Source: Macrostomum lignano (lineage: Eukaryota). From it: a stretch of 64,000 nt of DNA. Below the pieces are notes generated by a model that made no database searches, had not been told where the DNA came from, and was given only the letters and a program-made list of their open reading frames with translations. Position numbers and translations under genes: made by a program. The DNA is taken from assembly GCA_002269645.1 (NCBI GenBank), contig NIVC01000424.1, positions 124,001 through 188,000 on the forward strand. The letters run 5' to 3'. Below, piece after piece: positions 38,505 through 51,227 of the stretch. Numbering within the stretch: the stretch's first letter is position 1; every line of letters begins with the position of its first letter.

Positions 38505-39836
38505 ACCTGTGTACTATTATATCTTTATACTCTGTGTAGACAAGATACGAGTTGACATGTACTATATGTACGTGCAGTTAAGAGCATTGTAAACTCTTTA
38601 TTCAGGTCGTGACACAAACGCACACGAAATTTTACAAATTAATTCTTTACAAGTAAATTTGTATATTTTGCCATTGTCATTTTACCTGTGAAATCGGTTT
38701 TTAATAAAATTTATTATCGAATACGTGTAAACTTATTACAGCAATTTAGCGGTAAGCAGACAGAAAACCACAATGTTTTCTCGTTGAAAAAAAGCTGGCG
38801 AATGCAGTTAAACTACAACTTTGATGTTCACTGTATAGTGTATGTTTTTGACAGCAGGTCAACGACAAGTTCAAAGTGTACTTACATGAAAGTGGATATT
38901 AGCTGCTAAAAACACTGTTTAAAAGAATTCCACGAAGCTGGACAGCACATACACTGCACATACTTATACAGCAGTGCAAAAGCAAAGTTAATTGTTAAAA
39001 GCATAGATGAAAAATCGATATCTATCATGCATGTACATTTACAGTAAAATCTGAATGTGAATTTTATTTACACCTTGCAAATTTGCAAACTGCAGCTGTT
39101 TTGCACAAAGATTAGAAAGTATACACGTTACATGTACACGGGGAGTATAGGTTTAAGTCATACAATGCACTCAAGTGTACGGTATTTGTTCGAGGTATGA
39201 CCAGAAAGCCACAATAGGGTTTAATATTTACTTGTGTGTACGCGACAAAATTTTACAGCTGAAGAAACAAATCAAATATTTAACTCAATTTAAATTATAA
39301 GAATTATAAGTTAAAAACCATAATCAACAAAATTATGAAATCAAAATGCTGCAAGTGTAAATTAAATCCATCACAGAGCTACGCCAGAGATCAAGGATCA
39401 GTCCATTGGTTAACAAAAGTTGACCTTAGTTAATTTGATTTAAATGATTGATTTAATATGAGCCACATATAACATAGACGTTAACTTCAACACGCCTTTT
39501 TAATTGTTTGAATTCGTTTCGATACATATCGGCGCAGTCTAGTCTGAACTTTTAGAATCAACTATAAATGCTTCGAAACATCTCGGTAGAATCTATATTT
39601 GAATTTTATAAGTTGAATTATTCAGTTCTTTAATATTACTAATTTTAAGAAGCCAATTTACATTTTTTCGATACATATCGGTAGAATCCTCACCAGAAAA
39701 CTGTAATTGAAGTTTATATCAATCTTTATCCTATCGGTGCATTGCATTCTGGATATTAAGAGTTCAATTTATAACTGTTTCCATACATATCGGCAGAAAA
39801 ACGATATCGCACACGCACATACACAGTGTGTATTAA

Positions 39837-40043
39837 TCAGTCTTGCCAAGGAACAAAGCAGGCTTGCCGTGTGCAAATTTCTGCTCGACAGATCGGGCAG
39901 GTCTCCAGCCGGTTGGCGCAGCCGCCGCAAGCCATCATGTGACCGCAGGGCAGGAATACAATTGAAACGCTGGCATCTGAGCAGATTTGGCATAGGCGCG
40001 ACTGCTCTAGTCGACGAATTCGTTCGAGTAGACTGGCGCGAGT
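39837..40043 (-). CDS. MYLIP: MYLIP exon 5, C-terminal IAP-type RING finger
   Basis: Acceptor atttccag|ACT at 40044/40043; CQICSDASVSIVFLPCGHMMACGGCANRLETCPICR; TGA at 39839-39837. The five exons sum to 1581 nt (526 aa plus stop). Confidence 0.92.
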   Translation of the reverse strand, partial: TRASLLERIRRLEQSRLCQICSDASVSIVFLPCGHMMACGGCANRLETCPICRAEICTRQACFVPWQD

Positions 40044-40128
40044 CTGGAAATATGCATTTTTAGTTCATTCTTTTAATCAGTTTAGTTTTAGCGAAACACA
40101 GAAGTTAATATAGAGATTGAAAAATTAC

Positions 40129-40298
40129 CTCGTCGTTCCCTTTTTCTGAAATTCTGTCCACATCTTCCACTTTCTTAGCCTCGGCACCGGAAATGCCTGG
40201 AGCGGCGGAAGCGGCAGACAGGCACTTGTGCAACTGCCGCCTCGCATTGTCGTGCACCTCCTTCGCTGTGCGTCGCACGTCGAACACAAAATTGCGAA
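40129..40298 (-). CDS. MYLIP: MYLIP exon 4
   Basis: Acceptor ttttcag|TT at 40299/40298; FVFDVRRTAKEVHDNARRQL matches IDOL [20 protein letters not shown]. Donor GAG|gtaatt at 40129/40128. Confidence 0.9.
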
Positions 40299-40856
40299 CT
40301 GAAAATGTTGGATATATTTTTAGATTATTGTGTAAATAAAAAAGCATATAAGCTACTTTTTCTACTGTTAGTAGACTGTTGACGAAAAAACCTACTTACT
40401 AGCCATAGCGTAAGCAGCGAAGGTTAGGAAAACACAAGTCAAAAAAGCTTTGAGAACTATTTTCTGATTAAGTAAAATTTATCACACGGTCCAAAGAGCA
40501 GATTAAAACAGAATAATAAACTGGACAGAGTGACACATAATTTACGACTCCCAGCAGCTGTGACAACTTTTTACTTTAACACAAGTTCAAAGCCTGCAGC
40601 AACAGTTTAGAGGCTCATATAGATTCACATCTAGCCTATTGTCAGAGTCAAGAAGATACACACAATGAGAGACACACCCCTTTTGGAAGGGCCAGCTATC
40701 AGCTCTACTATTTTGTTGGTATAGCCTTTGCTACCATAACCTCTAAAAATTCTGCAAAGAATAATAAATGCAGCTCAAAGAAGGCTACGAAACATTTTCA
40801 CCCAGGTAAGCTTACTGACGTCAGTAGCTCAGCTGGCTAATAAGTAAACCCCTGGA

Positions 40857-41226
<370 letters not shown>

Positions 41227-41234
41227 AAACTCAC

Positions 41235-41494
41235 CAGACGAAAGCTCCCGTTCAACAAAGAGCGACACAAACGCGCCCTTCACATCGCGGCAAGTCTTTG
41301 TAGCCACATTGTTTCGAACCGTGTCGCACCGGAAAAAGCTGTGCGTCTCCGTGACGCACCGGTACAGACAGTTCGCCGCTTTGGGGCTGGCCAACCGGAA
41401 TCCCATTTCTCTGATGCTGCCGTTCTCTTGGCTCAGCGACAGGTAGAGAAATCGATCGCTAATTGTCACCTGTTGCACTCTCGGATAAGGATGT
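41235..41494 (-). CDS. MYLIP: MYLIP exon 3
   Basis: Acceptor ttgcag|A at 41495/41494; HPYPRVQQ...AANCLYRCVTETHSFFRCDTV...RDVKGAFVSLF is diagnostic for IDOL. Donor G|gtgagt at 41235/41234. Confidence 0.92.
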
Positions 41495-41815
41495 CTGCAA
41501 CGTACAGATTTAATAGATTTTTGTTTAAAAGAAAACGAAGTTAGCTAATTTAAACATGCACATTATAAGTGTTTTAAAAACATTTACTTTCGATACACAT
41601 CGGCAGGAAATTATGACGGACACAAAAACTATTTTCGATACATATCGGCGTGAAGTTATATCGATATGTAATATCGATGCATTGATTATTTTCTATACAT
41701 ATCGGCAAGACATTATTTCAGACGCTATTATCTATTTTCGATACATATCGGAGTTATAAATTTCGAGTGAAAAAACTTATTAAGAAACATATCGGCCCCC
41801 CGAAAAAACACCTAC

Positions 41816-42388
41816 CTTTCGAATGCAGTTTTAGCATCCGGGCGGCACAGCCAAACAGCGTCGGGACCAACGGCCACATTGAGTCTGGACTCCAAATGAT
41901 CCTTAGCCTCGTGATAGTGACTGCCGTACATTGACAAGCCAGCTGATGCTGTCTGTAACAGCCTGTACTCTGCCGCCGTTGGTGACAACTCCAACAATTT
42001 ATTGTGATACTCCATGGCAGATTTGCACAATTCCAAGAATTCCTCCCTGAAACTGTCAGTCCCGCAGCTGCCGCCGCTGCCGCCGCTGCTGTCATTGTCG
42101 TTGTAGCAGCTGTCTTCATCGTTGAAGTCAAGCAGACGGCTTAAGATTTGTCGGCATAATCTGTTGCTGCTGCTCAAGGATCCGCTGCCAAAATCTGCTT
42201 GGACAATTAAAGCGGCCAGTCGGGCTGCCAGAGGCTCCTCATGACTGTTGTCCTCTAAGTCGAATGACGACGAAGCGTCGCTGCCCGAATCTGGACTCCG
42301 AGATCCTTGACCTTGTTGAAGCTCCTTGTCCAGCAGCCAGTGATGTCTGTCCAGTAGTCGACTCCGGACGTCCAGGTAAACTTGGTGC
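41816..42388 (-). CDS. MYLIP: MYLIP exon 2, FERM F2/F3
   Basis: Acceptor gacacag|G at 42389/42388 preserves the frame (R|HQVYLDVRSRLL; AARLAALIVQADFG; SPTAAEYRLLQ; VAVGPDAV). Donor AG|gtaggt at 41816/41815. Confidence 0.85.
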
Positions 42389-42439
42389 CTGTGTCAGCGG
42401 GGCAGACATTGTTAAGAGTCAGGACTCGGAACTCTTCAG

Positions 42440-43029
42440 TGGGGGACGCCCCATTGCCATTTCATTTTTAGGGGGGCGCCATTTCAATTGTGGGGGCGCC
42501 ATTTCAATTGTGGGGCGCCATTTCAATTGTGGGGGCGTCATTTCAACTGTGGGGGCGCCATTTCATTTTTGGGGACGTCATTTCAATTGTGGGGGCGCCA
42601 TTTCATCTGTGGGGATGCCATTTCAATTGTGGGGGCGCCATTTCAATTGTGGGGGCGTCATTTCAACTGTGGGGGCGTCATTTCAACTGTGGGGGCGCCA
42701 TTTCAATTGTGGGGGCGTCATTTTAATTGTGGGGGCGTCATTTCAACTGTGGGGGCGCCATTTCAATTGTGGGGGCGCCATTTCAATTGTGGGGGCGCCA
42801 TTTCAATTGTGGGGGCGCCATTTCAATTGTGGGGGCGTCATTTCAACTGTGGGGGCGCCATTTCAACTGTGGGGGCGCCATTTCAATTGTGGGGGCGTCA
42901 TTTCAATTGTGGGGGCGCCATTTCAACTGTGGGGCGCCATTTCATTTTTGGGGACGTCATTTCAATTGTGGGGGCGCCATTTCATCTGTGGGGGTGCCAT
43001 TTCAATTGTGGGGGCGCCATTTCAATTGC
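42440..43029. repeat. 20-bp minisatellite TTTCAATTGTGGGGGCGCCA, ~29 copies (MYLIP intron 1)
   Basis: Direct reading. Confidence 0.95.
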
Positions 43030-43095
43030 ACTATCCCCGGCCTGGCTACTGATATAAAAACCGAATTGTATGGTTAAGTATGCTTTGTTTCTTAC

Positions 43096-43466
43096 CTGGT
43101 CTCCTGGTGGAGCATCATGTGAGGCGGCACATAGAATTTGACTCTTAGATAAAGCCGATAGACGCCGTTAAGCGCCAGGGTCGTTGGCAATTGCTGGTAC
43201 AAACGGTTGCGCATATTAACCCACAGCTCCTCGCGTTTGGCGCCGAAGTAGGTTAAGCCGAAATAATCGACTTCGTGGAATACGCCCAAACACTGACAGA
43301 CTTTGTCCAGGCAGTCTTGGCCGTTGGCTCGGTAATCTAGGCACACCTGGCATTGAGTTCCGTCTAGTAGAATTACGTCAATGCGAATAGTTCGCTGACG
43401 ACCTCGATTGCAGCTTGGCGATGATGAGAGCGATTCATCGTCTGCTAGGACTCCCGTTGAAGCCAT
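43096..43466 (-). CDS. MYLIP: MYLIP/IDOL (FERM-RING E3 ligase; dnr1-like) exon 1, FERM F1 lobe
   Basis: ANGQDCLDKVCQCLGVFHEVDYFGL...LWVNMRNRL...YRLYLRVKFYVPPHMMLHQETR matches the IDOL N-terminus. ATG at 43466; donor AG|gtaaga at 43096/43095. Confidence 0.9.
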
Positions 43467-45304
43467 TGTCGATTGTTGCTTGAACTTGCGACAATTGCCT
43501 CCTTGGCTTGCTTCAGAACTTGGAATGAGGAATTCCTCCCAAGTGTTTCGTTGCTTTATATGTTTCACTGTACAGTTTAGTCAGTTCTCAGCCGCGTGGT
43601 CTCTTGGCCTCTTGAAGGGAGAGAGGGGCCTTGAATATTTGTGACCCTTCCTGTCTATTTTGGGCGTTAACTTCATACACACGCTTGTAAGTGCACATTG
43701 AAGTGTACATTACCCAAAGCTTTTCCTTGCTTCTCGCGCTCGGGCAGGGGGTTTTCCCAAGGTCATTTAGGCACGCGCGTGTCTCGTGTGGTGGCGTAAA
43801 GAGCATCAAAATCACTCAATCAGCGAGTGACTGCATGATTGCATGCTCCCCCCACTGTTTGAATCATTAGGATTCCTATGTAGCGGAACCAAAGTAATTT
43901 TCTCACCTGTTATCCACCACGTGCTTGTTTTTTTGAAATCGCACCAAGCAAACTCACTGATTCTATTCCGATGGTAAATTTCCATTCGTAAATAGGAAAT
44001 CGTGGAGCGAGCGAACTAGAAAAAAACTAGAAAGTGTAGCGAAGCCGCCAAGCAAAGGGCGAAAAGAAAAGTATGTAATTCGTAAAAATAACCTTATTAC
44101 TTTCGGGAAATTACTGAGGTTAATTTTGTGTACTGACTTTTGGCAAATAATTAAGTTCTTACAGTTGCAACTCGCTAACTTGAGTATTTTCTGGCTTTTT
44201 TGTAAGACTCGTGAGTAAGAGCACTTTTTTCTTAAAATAGCAATTACGAAGCTAGCAAGCAATTCCAGTACAAATTTAGCTCGTATAATACAGGAAACTT
44301 TGGCTTCACTTTTATTTTAGTCGAAATTCGAAAACATCAACAAAATAGAAATTCTACGAATTTGAAATGTTTGTGCCTTGAAATACTGTACTGTATTGTA
44401 TGTACACCGACGGGAATCTAGATTAAGATTAATTTCTGCTACCAAAATAGATAACTGGTCTTAATAACACTACTAACAGTAGCAATCAAATGATTTTTCA
44501 AGCGCATATACAGTCACTTTTCCGATTAAATTGCTTTGCCTTGGAGAGAATAACCGAGAGGAAAGTGTTCTTACAAGCAATCTATAAACCCTGGCAGGTT
44601 TTTCTCAGCCAAATACAAAAATTGGCTTTTCCTGCTGAATGCAAATATTGAGCAAGCGAAAAAATATCGCTGCAACTTGTATAAGCGAGAGGGAGGGTAA
44701 ATATTGAGCAAACACCCCCAGTTTGCGGGGTGGCAAAAAGTCATCAAAAATTTCTTTGGCCAATTTCAACCAAAAGATGAAAAAAAAGAAATTCTGATCG
44801 CGGAAGGAAGAAACTGCAGAAAGCTGGAGAAATCGAAATGTGCCACTTCCACAGCTGCAGCAATATAATCATCACTTGTTCAAATTCTAACAAAGTTAAT
44901 CGTCATTTCTGCCTGAGAATTATGCATGCATTTTGGGCAGAGGCAGAGAGAAATGAGAAAAATTAAAGTCAAACACTGGCTCAGCAACAATGATTCAAGG
45001 CTTTGTTAGCTGTTCCGTTTATTGGCAAACATACAGACAGCCAAATACTGCAGTCACCGTGTATTCAGTGACTGTACATGCATTTCTGAATGTTGTATTT
45101 ATACAAAATGCAAGAATTTTAATCCCACTAAACAGGGTCGATCTGCCACACCTTGAGCTGCAGCACCTTTAACAATTGTTGCTTCAGGTAAATACTGAGC
45201 TCACACGGTGAGGCCAAGACCAATCATAGCACACATGGTCCGCGTAACATAATCAAGCGCCCTTGAATGTCCCCATAATTCCAAGTCACAGAGCAAAATA
45301 TTTC

Positions 45305-46078
45305 CAGCACCAGGGCGCCAGCACCAGGGGCGCCAGCACCAGGGCGCCAGCACCAGGGGCGCCAGCACCAGGGCGCCAGCACCAGGGGCGCCAGCACCTG
45401 AAGCAATCAAGAAGCAATCAAGAAGCAATCAAGAAGCAATCTAGAAGCAATCTAGAAGCAATCTAGAAGCAATCTAAAAGCAGTCTGGAAGCAATCTAGA
45501 TGCAATCTTGAAGCAATCTAAAAGCAGTCTGAAAGCAATCTTAAAACAATCTAGAAGCAATCTAGAAGCAGTCTGGAAGCAATCAAGAAGCAATCTTGAA
45601 GCAATCTAAAAGCAGTCTAGAAGCAATCTAGAAGCAATCTAGAAGCAATCTTGAAACAATCTAGAAGCAATCTTGAAGCAATCTAGAAGCAATCTAGAAG
45701 CAATCCAGAAGCAATCTGGAAGCAATCTAAAAGCAGTCTGGAAGCAATCTTAAAACAATCTAGAAGCAATCTAGAAGCAATCTAGAAGCAATCTAGAAGC
45801 AATCTTGAAGCAATCTAAAAGCAGTCTGGAAGCAATCTTAAAACAATCTAGAAGCAATCTAGAAGCAATCTAGAAGCAATCTAGAAGCAATCTTGAAGCA
45901 GTCTAGAAGCAATCTAGAAACAATCTAGAAGCAATCGTGAAGCAATCTAGAAACAATCTTGGAACAATCTAGAAGCAATCTTGAAGCAATCTTGAAGCAA
46001 TCTAGAAACAATCTTGGAACAATCTAGAAGCAATCTTGAAGCAATCTTGAAGCAATCTAGAAGCAATCTAGAAGCAGT
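45305..46078. repeat. 14/15-bp GCACCAGGG(G)CGCCA array abutting an 11-bp GAAGCAATCTA array
   Basis: Direct reading; the switch is at about 45400. Confidence 0.93.
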
Positions 46079-46639
46079 GTAGAAGAAATCCAGACTTTTT
46101 ATGGAACCTTCAGAAAACAATAATTTTTCAGAAAATGAGATGAGAAAGAAAGCAAAAGAAAAGACAAAAACGGCTTGAAAGCAAACAGACCGAGTGACTT
46201 GAAGCGACACTTTGGCCAACAACCTCTTGACAAATTTTCCAAGTCAGTTGAACACTTTGCAGGCACCGCTGAGTCAACCTCATATTCCAATATCAATATC
46301 AAATAAGTCGAAACTCTGGTCGGCCTGCTCATGCGAGCGAACTAACAATTCTGTCCGAAGCGACATAAGGATTAAACATTTCTTTTGAATTCTATTGACT
46401 AACTCCGCCGAAAAGTTTACACAATACACTTGTTCATAATCTTTGCGGCAACAGATGCCATGAGACTTATTTGCTAGCAAGTTATGAGGATTTTCCCATG
46501 AATTGAGTCTCCTATGGAAGGGTAGCTTTAAAAGGCCGGATTAGGTGAGAGATTTTGAGAGACAGCTTTTTTTGGTCAGGTCCCTGTGAGATCGACGAAA
46601 ACTCAGTTACGTTCCAGTTCAAGTGTGTGAGATTTCCAT

Positions 46640-47522
46640 TGTGTATTTTTAGTTCAAGGGTGAGACTTCCATTTGTGTATTTTTAGTTCAAGGGTGAGAC
46701 TTCCATTTGTGTAGTTTCAGTTCAAGGGTGAGATTTCCATTTGTGTAGTTTCAGTTCAAGGGTGAGATTTCCATTTGTGTAGTTTCAGTTCAAGGTTGAG
46801 ATTTCCATTTGTGTAGTTTCAGTTCAAGGGTGAGATTCCCATTTGTGTAGTTTCAGTTCAAGGTTGAGATTTCCATTTGTGTAGTTTCAGTTCAAGGGTG
46901 AGATTCCCATTTGTGTAGTTTCAGTTCAAGGGTGAGATTTCCATTTGTGTAGTTTCAGTTCAAGGTTGAGATTTCCATTTGTGTAGTTTCAGTTCAAGGG
47001 TGAGATTCCCATTTGTGTAGTTTCAGTTCAAGGTTGAGATTTCCATTTGTGTAGTTTCAGTTCAAGGGTGAGATTCCCATTTGTGTAGTTTCAGTTCAAG
47101 GTTGAGATTTCCATTTGTGTAGTTTCAGTTCAAGGTTGAGATTTCCATTTGTGTAGTTTCAGTTCAAGGTTGAGATTTCCATTTGTGTAGTTTCAGTTCA
47201 AGGTTGAGATTTCCATTTGTGTAGTTTCAGTTCAAGGTTGAGATTTCCATTTGTGTAGTTTCAGTTCAAGGTTGAGATTTCCATTTGTGTAGTTTCAGTT
47301 CAAGGTTGAGATTTCCATTTGTGTAGTTTCAGTTCAAGGTTGAGATTTCCATTTGTGTAGTTTCAGTTCAAGGTTGAGATTTCCATTTGTGTAGTTTCAG
47401 TTCAAGGTTGAGATTTCCATTTGTGTAGTTTCAGTTCAAGGTTGAGATTTCCATTTGTGTAGTTTCAGTTCAAGGTTGAGATTTCCATTTGTGTAGTTTC
47501 AGTTCAAGGTTGAGATTTCCCT
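46640..47522. repeat. 34-bp minisatellite TTCAAGGTTGAGATTTCCATTTGTGTAGTTTCAG, ~26 copies
   Basis: Direct reading; highly homogeneous 3' half. Confidence 0.95.
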
Positions 47523-48384
47523 TTGATGATTAGTTTGATAGTTTTGATGATGTTGTAGGTATAGATATAGATATTGATATTGATAGAGACATGGCCGCAA
47601 TCAATTGCAGAGTGAAAAAAGAGAATATTGAATTTCTACAGGAACTGGATTGACTGTACAATATATAGATATCCAGCATTTGCTGCTGACAGAAAAAGCA
47701 CTGAAGTAGAAACCCTCCTGTCCGTGTGGCATCAAAACCAGTGGTTGTTTTATCCGGCTTATGCCACATCACGAGCTGAACACGAGCCTCGTGTAATAAT
47801 ATATACATTTCGAACTTCCGCCTTTCGTTTATAAAGAGCGAAAATTTGTTTACACAGATTAACAAATTGCTGATTTTTTTGGAAACAGAAAAAAATTCTC
47901 TCCGAGGGGGACCTCCGACTGTGCCGCCGTGACAGCTCTCGGCGTTCATCCATCAACTAATCTATTTCTGAGGACAGCTCTGTCTCAGTCAGACGGAAAA
48001 ATGACTGACTGACTGACTGACTGGCATTCCTAGCCCAGGCTTCAAATAAATTCCAGATCAAGTAAAATCCATGTCGCATTGTGTGACCGAGAGAGCTTCC
48101 ACTGGGTGTTGATCAGCATTCCATCCGTGTGTTGTATCAACAACCAGCTTTAGTTTAGTTGGTTTATTGTTGACAATGCAGCTATACGAGCGTATGCCTT
48201 TTCAAGTACGTTGCAGATTGCTCTTTGTTTGGCTGTGCGCTGCAGAAACTGATGATTTGTGTTGAAGCGCAGTTAGACACCTGCATGCACTCTCTTATCA
48301 TCTCTTCGATCTCTCTGCATCTCAGTCCCTACCTACCTCTTCATATCTTATCTCACTTCTCCCTTCTCTACCTTCGATTCATTC

Positions 48385-49245
48385 CCTTCTCTACCCTCCA
48401 CTCCTTCCCCTCTCTACCCTCCACTCCTTCCCCTCTTTACCCTCCACTCCTTCCCTCTCTACCCTCACTTCTTCCCCTGTCTACCCTCCACTCCTCCCCC
48501 TCTCTACCCTCCACTCCTTCCTTCTCTAACCTCCACTCCTTCCCATCTCTACCCTCCACTCCTTCCCCTCTCTACCCTCCACTCCTTCCCCTCTCTACCC
48601 TCCACTCCTTCCCCTCGCTACCCTCCACTCCTTCCCCTCTCTACCCTCCACTCCTTCCCCTCTCTACCCTCCACTCCTTCCTTCTCTACCCTTCACTCCT
48701 TCCCCTCTCTACCCTCCACTCCTTCCCCTCTCTACCCTCCACTCCTTCCTTCTCTAACCTCCACTCCTTCCCCTCTCTACCCTCCACTCCTTCCCTTCTC
48801 TACCCTCCACTCCTTCCCCTCTCTACCCTTCACTCCTTCCCTTCTCTACCCTCCACTCCTTCCTTTCTCTACCCTCCACTCCTTCCCCTCTCTACCCTTC
48901 ACTCCTTCCCCTCTCTACCCTTCACTCCTTCCTTCTCTACCCTCCACTCCTTCCCCTCTCTACACTCACTTCTTCCCCTGTCTACCCTCCACTCCTTCCC
49001 CTCTCTACCCTCCACTCCTTCCCCTCTCTACCCTTCACTCCTTCCCCTCTCTACCCTTCACTCCTTCCCCTCTCTACCCTTCACTCCTTCCTTCTCTACC
49101 CTCCACTCCTTCCCCTCTCTACCCTTCACTCCTTCCCTTCTCTACCATCCACTCCTTCCCCTCTCTACCCTCCACTCCTTCCCCTCTCTACCCTCCACTC
49201 CTTCCCCTCTCTACCCTCCAATCCTTCCCCTCTCTACCCTCCAGT
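48385..49245. repeat. 23-bp pyrimidine-rich minisatellite CCACTCCTTCCCCTCTCTACCCT
   Basis: Direct reading. Confidence 0.95.
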
Positions 49246-49778
49246 TTTTCCCTTCCCCCCCTCGTTTCCATTTAAGATCCTTTCTCTCCCCTCTCAGAGT
49301 CACTCTTTCGTTCTGCCAAAAGCAAGATGACATCCTGTGAACCCTTGATGGCAAGACTGAACCCCTTAGTATAGTAACACGTGTAGAAGATGGCAGTTAG
49401 CACACTCCTGTCTGAATTCATCATTTCTACACCAGCTGGTGAATCAATGAAACGGCATACAAATTATGGAATTTCAGCAAGTTCTCCATCAATAGACAGG
49501 CCTCATACCATCAATACCATCAATACAATCTATCGAGTTCAGATCCTGTGCATAAACTGGGGACCAAAAAATCGCTTTCTTGATAACCTTACAAGGTCAG
49601 GCATATTGTCAGAATGATGTAAATGTGCTTCTTACGATCGTATAGCGCTGAAAGTAAAGGATGATATAATTAATAAAAACAGATGAGGTCAAATTGTTGC
49701 GCATCAAGTTTTGATGGAATTTGCCCTTTGTTATAAAATTAAGATTGATATTGCCTATGGATAGGTCATGCTAGAAAT

Positions 49779-50773
49779 CAGTGGATCATACTGCAAGTCA
49801 GTGGGTCATATTGTGAGTCAGTGGGTCATATTGTGAGTCAGTGGGTTATATTGTGAGTCAGTGGATCATACTGCAAGTCAGTGGGTCATATTGTGAGTCA
49901 GTGGGTCATATTGTGAGTCAGTGGGTCATATTGTGAGTCAGTGGGTCAGGCAGCGATTCAGTGGGTCATATTGTGAGTCAGTGGGTCATACTGTGAGTCA
50001 GTGGGTCATATTGTGAGTCAGTGGGTCATACTGTGAGTCAGTGGGTCATATTGTGAGTCAGTGGGTCATATTGTGAGTCAGTGGGTCAGGCAGCGATTCA
50101 GTGGGTCATATTGTGAGTCAGTGGGTCATACTGTGAGTCAGTGGGTCATATTGTGAGTCAGTGGGTCATACTGTGAGTCAGTGGGTCATATTGTGAGTCA
50201 GTGGGTCATACTGTGAGTCAGTGGGTCATATTGTGAGTCAGTGGGTCATACTGTGAGTCAGTGGGTCATATTGTGAGTCAGTGGGTCATATTGTGAGTCA
50301 GTGGGTCATATTGTGAGTCAGTGGGTCATATTGTGAGTCAGTCATATTGTGAGTCAGTGGGTCATATTGTGAGTCAGTGGGTCATGCAGCGATTCAGTGG
50401 GTCATATTGTGAGTCAGTGGGTCATACTGTGAGTCAGTGGGTCATATTGTGAGTCAGTGGGTCATATTGTGAGTCAGTGGGTCATACTGCGAGTCAGTGG
50501 GTCATATTGTGAGTCAGTGGGTCATACTGTGAGTCAGTGGGCCATAATCAGGTGAACTAGTGGGTCATCAGGTGAACTAGTGGGTCATCGGGTGAACTAG
50601 TGGGTCATCAGGTGAACTAGTGGGTCATCGGGTGAACTAGTGGGTCATCAGGTGAACTAGTGGGTCATCAGGTGAACTAGTGGGTCATCAGGTGAACTAG
50701 TGGGTCATCAGGTGAACTAGTGGGTCATCAGGTGAACTAGTGGGTCATCAGGTGAACTAGTGGGTCATCAGGT
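49779..50773. repeat. Two adjacent 20-bp arrays: CAGTGGGTCATATTGTGAGT (to ~50545), then CAGGTGAACTAGTGGGTCAT
   Basis: Direct reading; shared AGTGGGTCAT core. Confidence 0.95.
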
Positions 50774-51227
50774 TTTTGGTTCCATTCAGTATATTGCATT
50801 GTGCATTACTTTAGGCGTTAAATTCCAGTATATACTATAAATAAACGGCTGTATATAAATATATATAAGATATACTCTGTCGCTGGGCGGTTGGTGAAAG
50901 CAAAATAAGTTTGTTTAATTCATGGGCTGCAAGCTTTTATTTTATATATATATTTACATATTTATATGTTGGCTCCTATGTGCTTCCAGCAGCGCGACCT
51001 CCTGGAGTTTGAAATTGTTTGCTTATATAGTATGTGTGCGGTGGTTGCCCAGCTGAAGGGTAACTCCAAACACTGCAGCACTGTACTGGCGTGTGTTGAT
51101 GGCGTTTTAGAAAATGCAAGGACCTCCCCTGCAGAGACCTGGACTGTGCCAGTTTTGATTCTTCCTGATGTCAGCGAGGATCCACTTTTTGAACGTCGAG
51201 ACCAACAGCTCGAGCAGCAGGCCGGCA

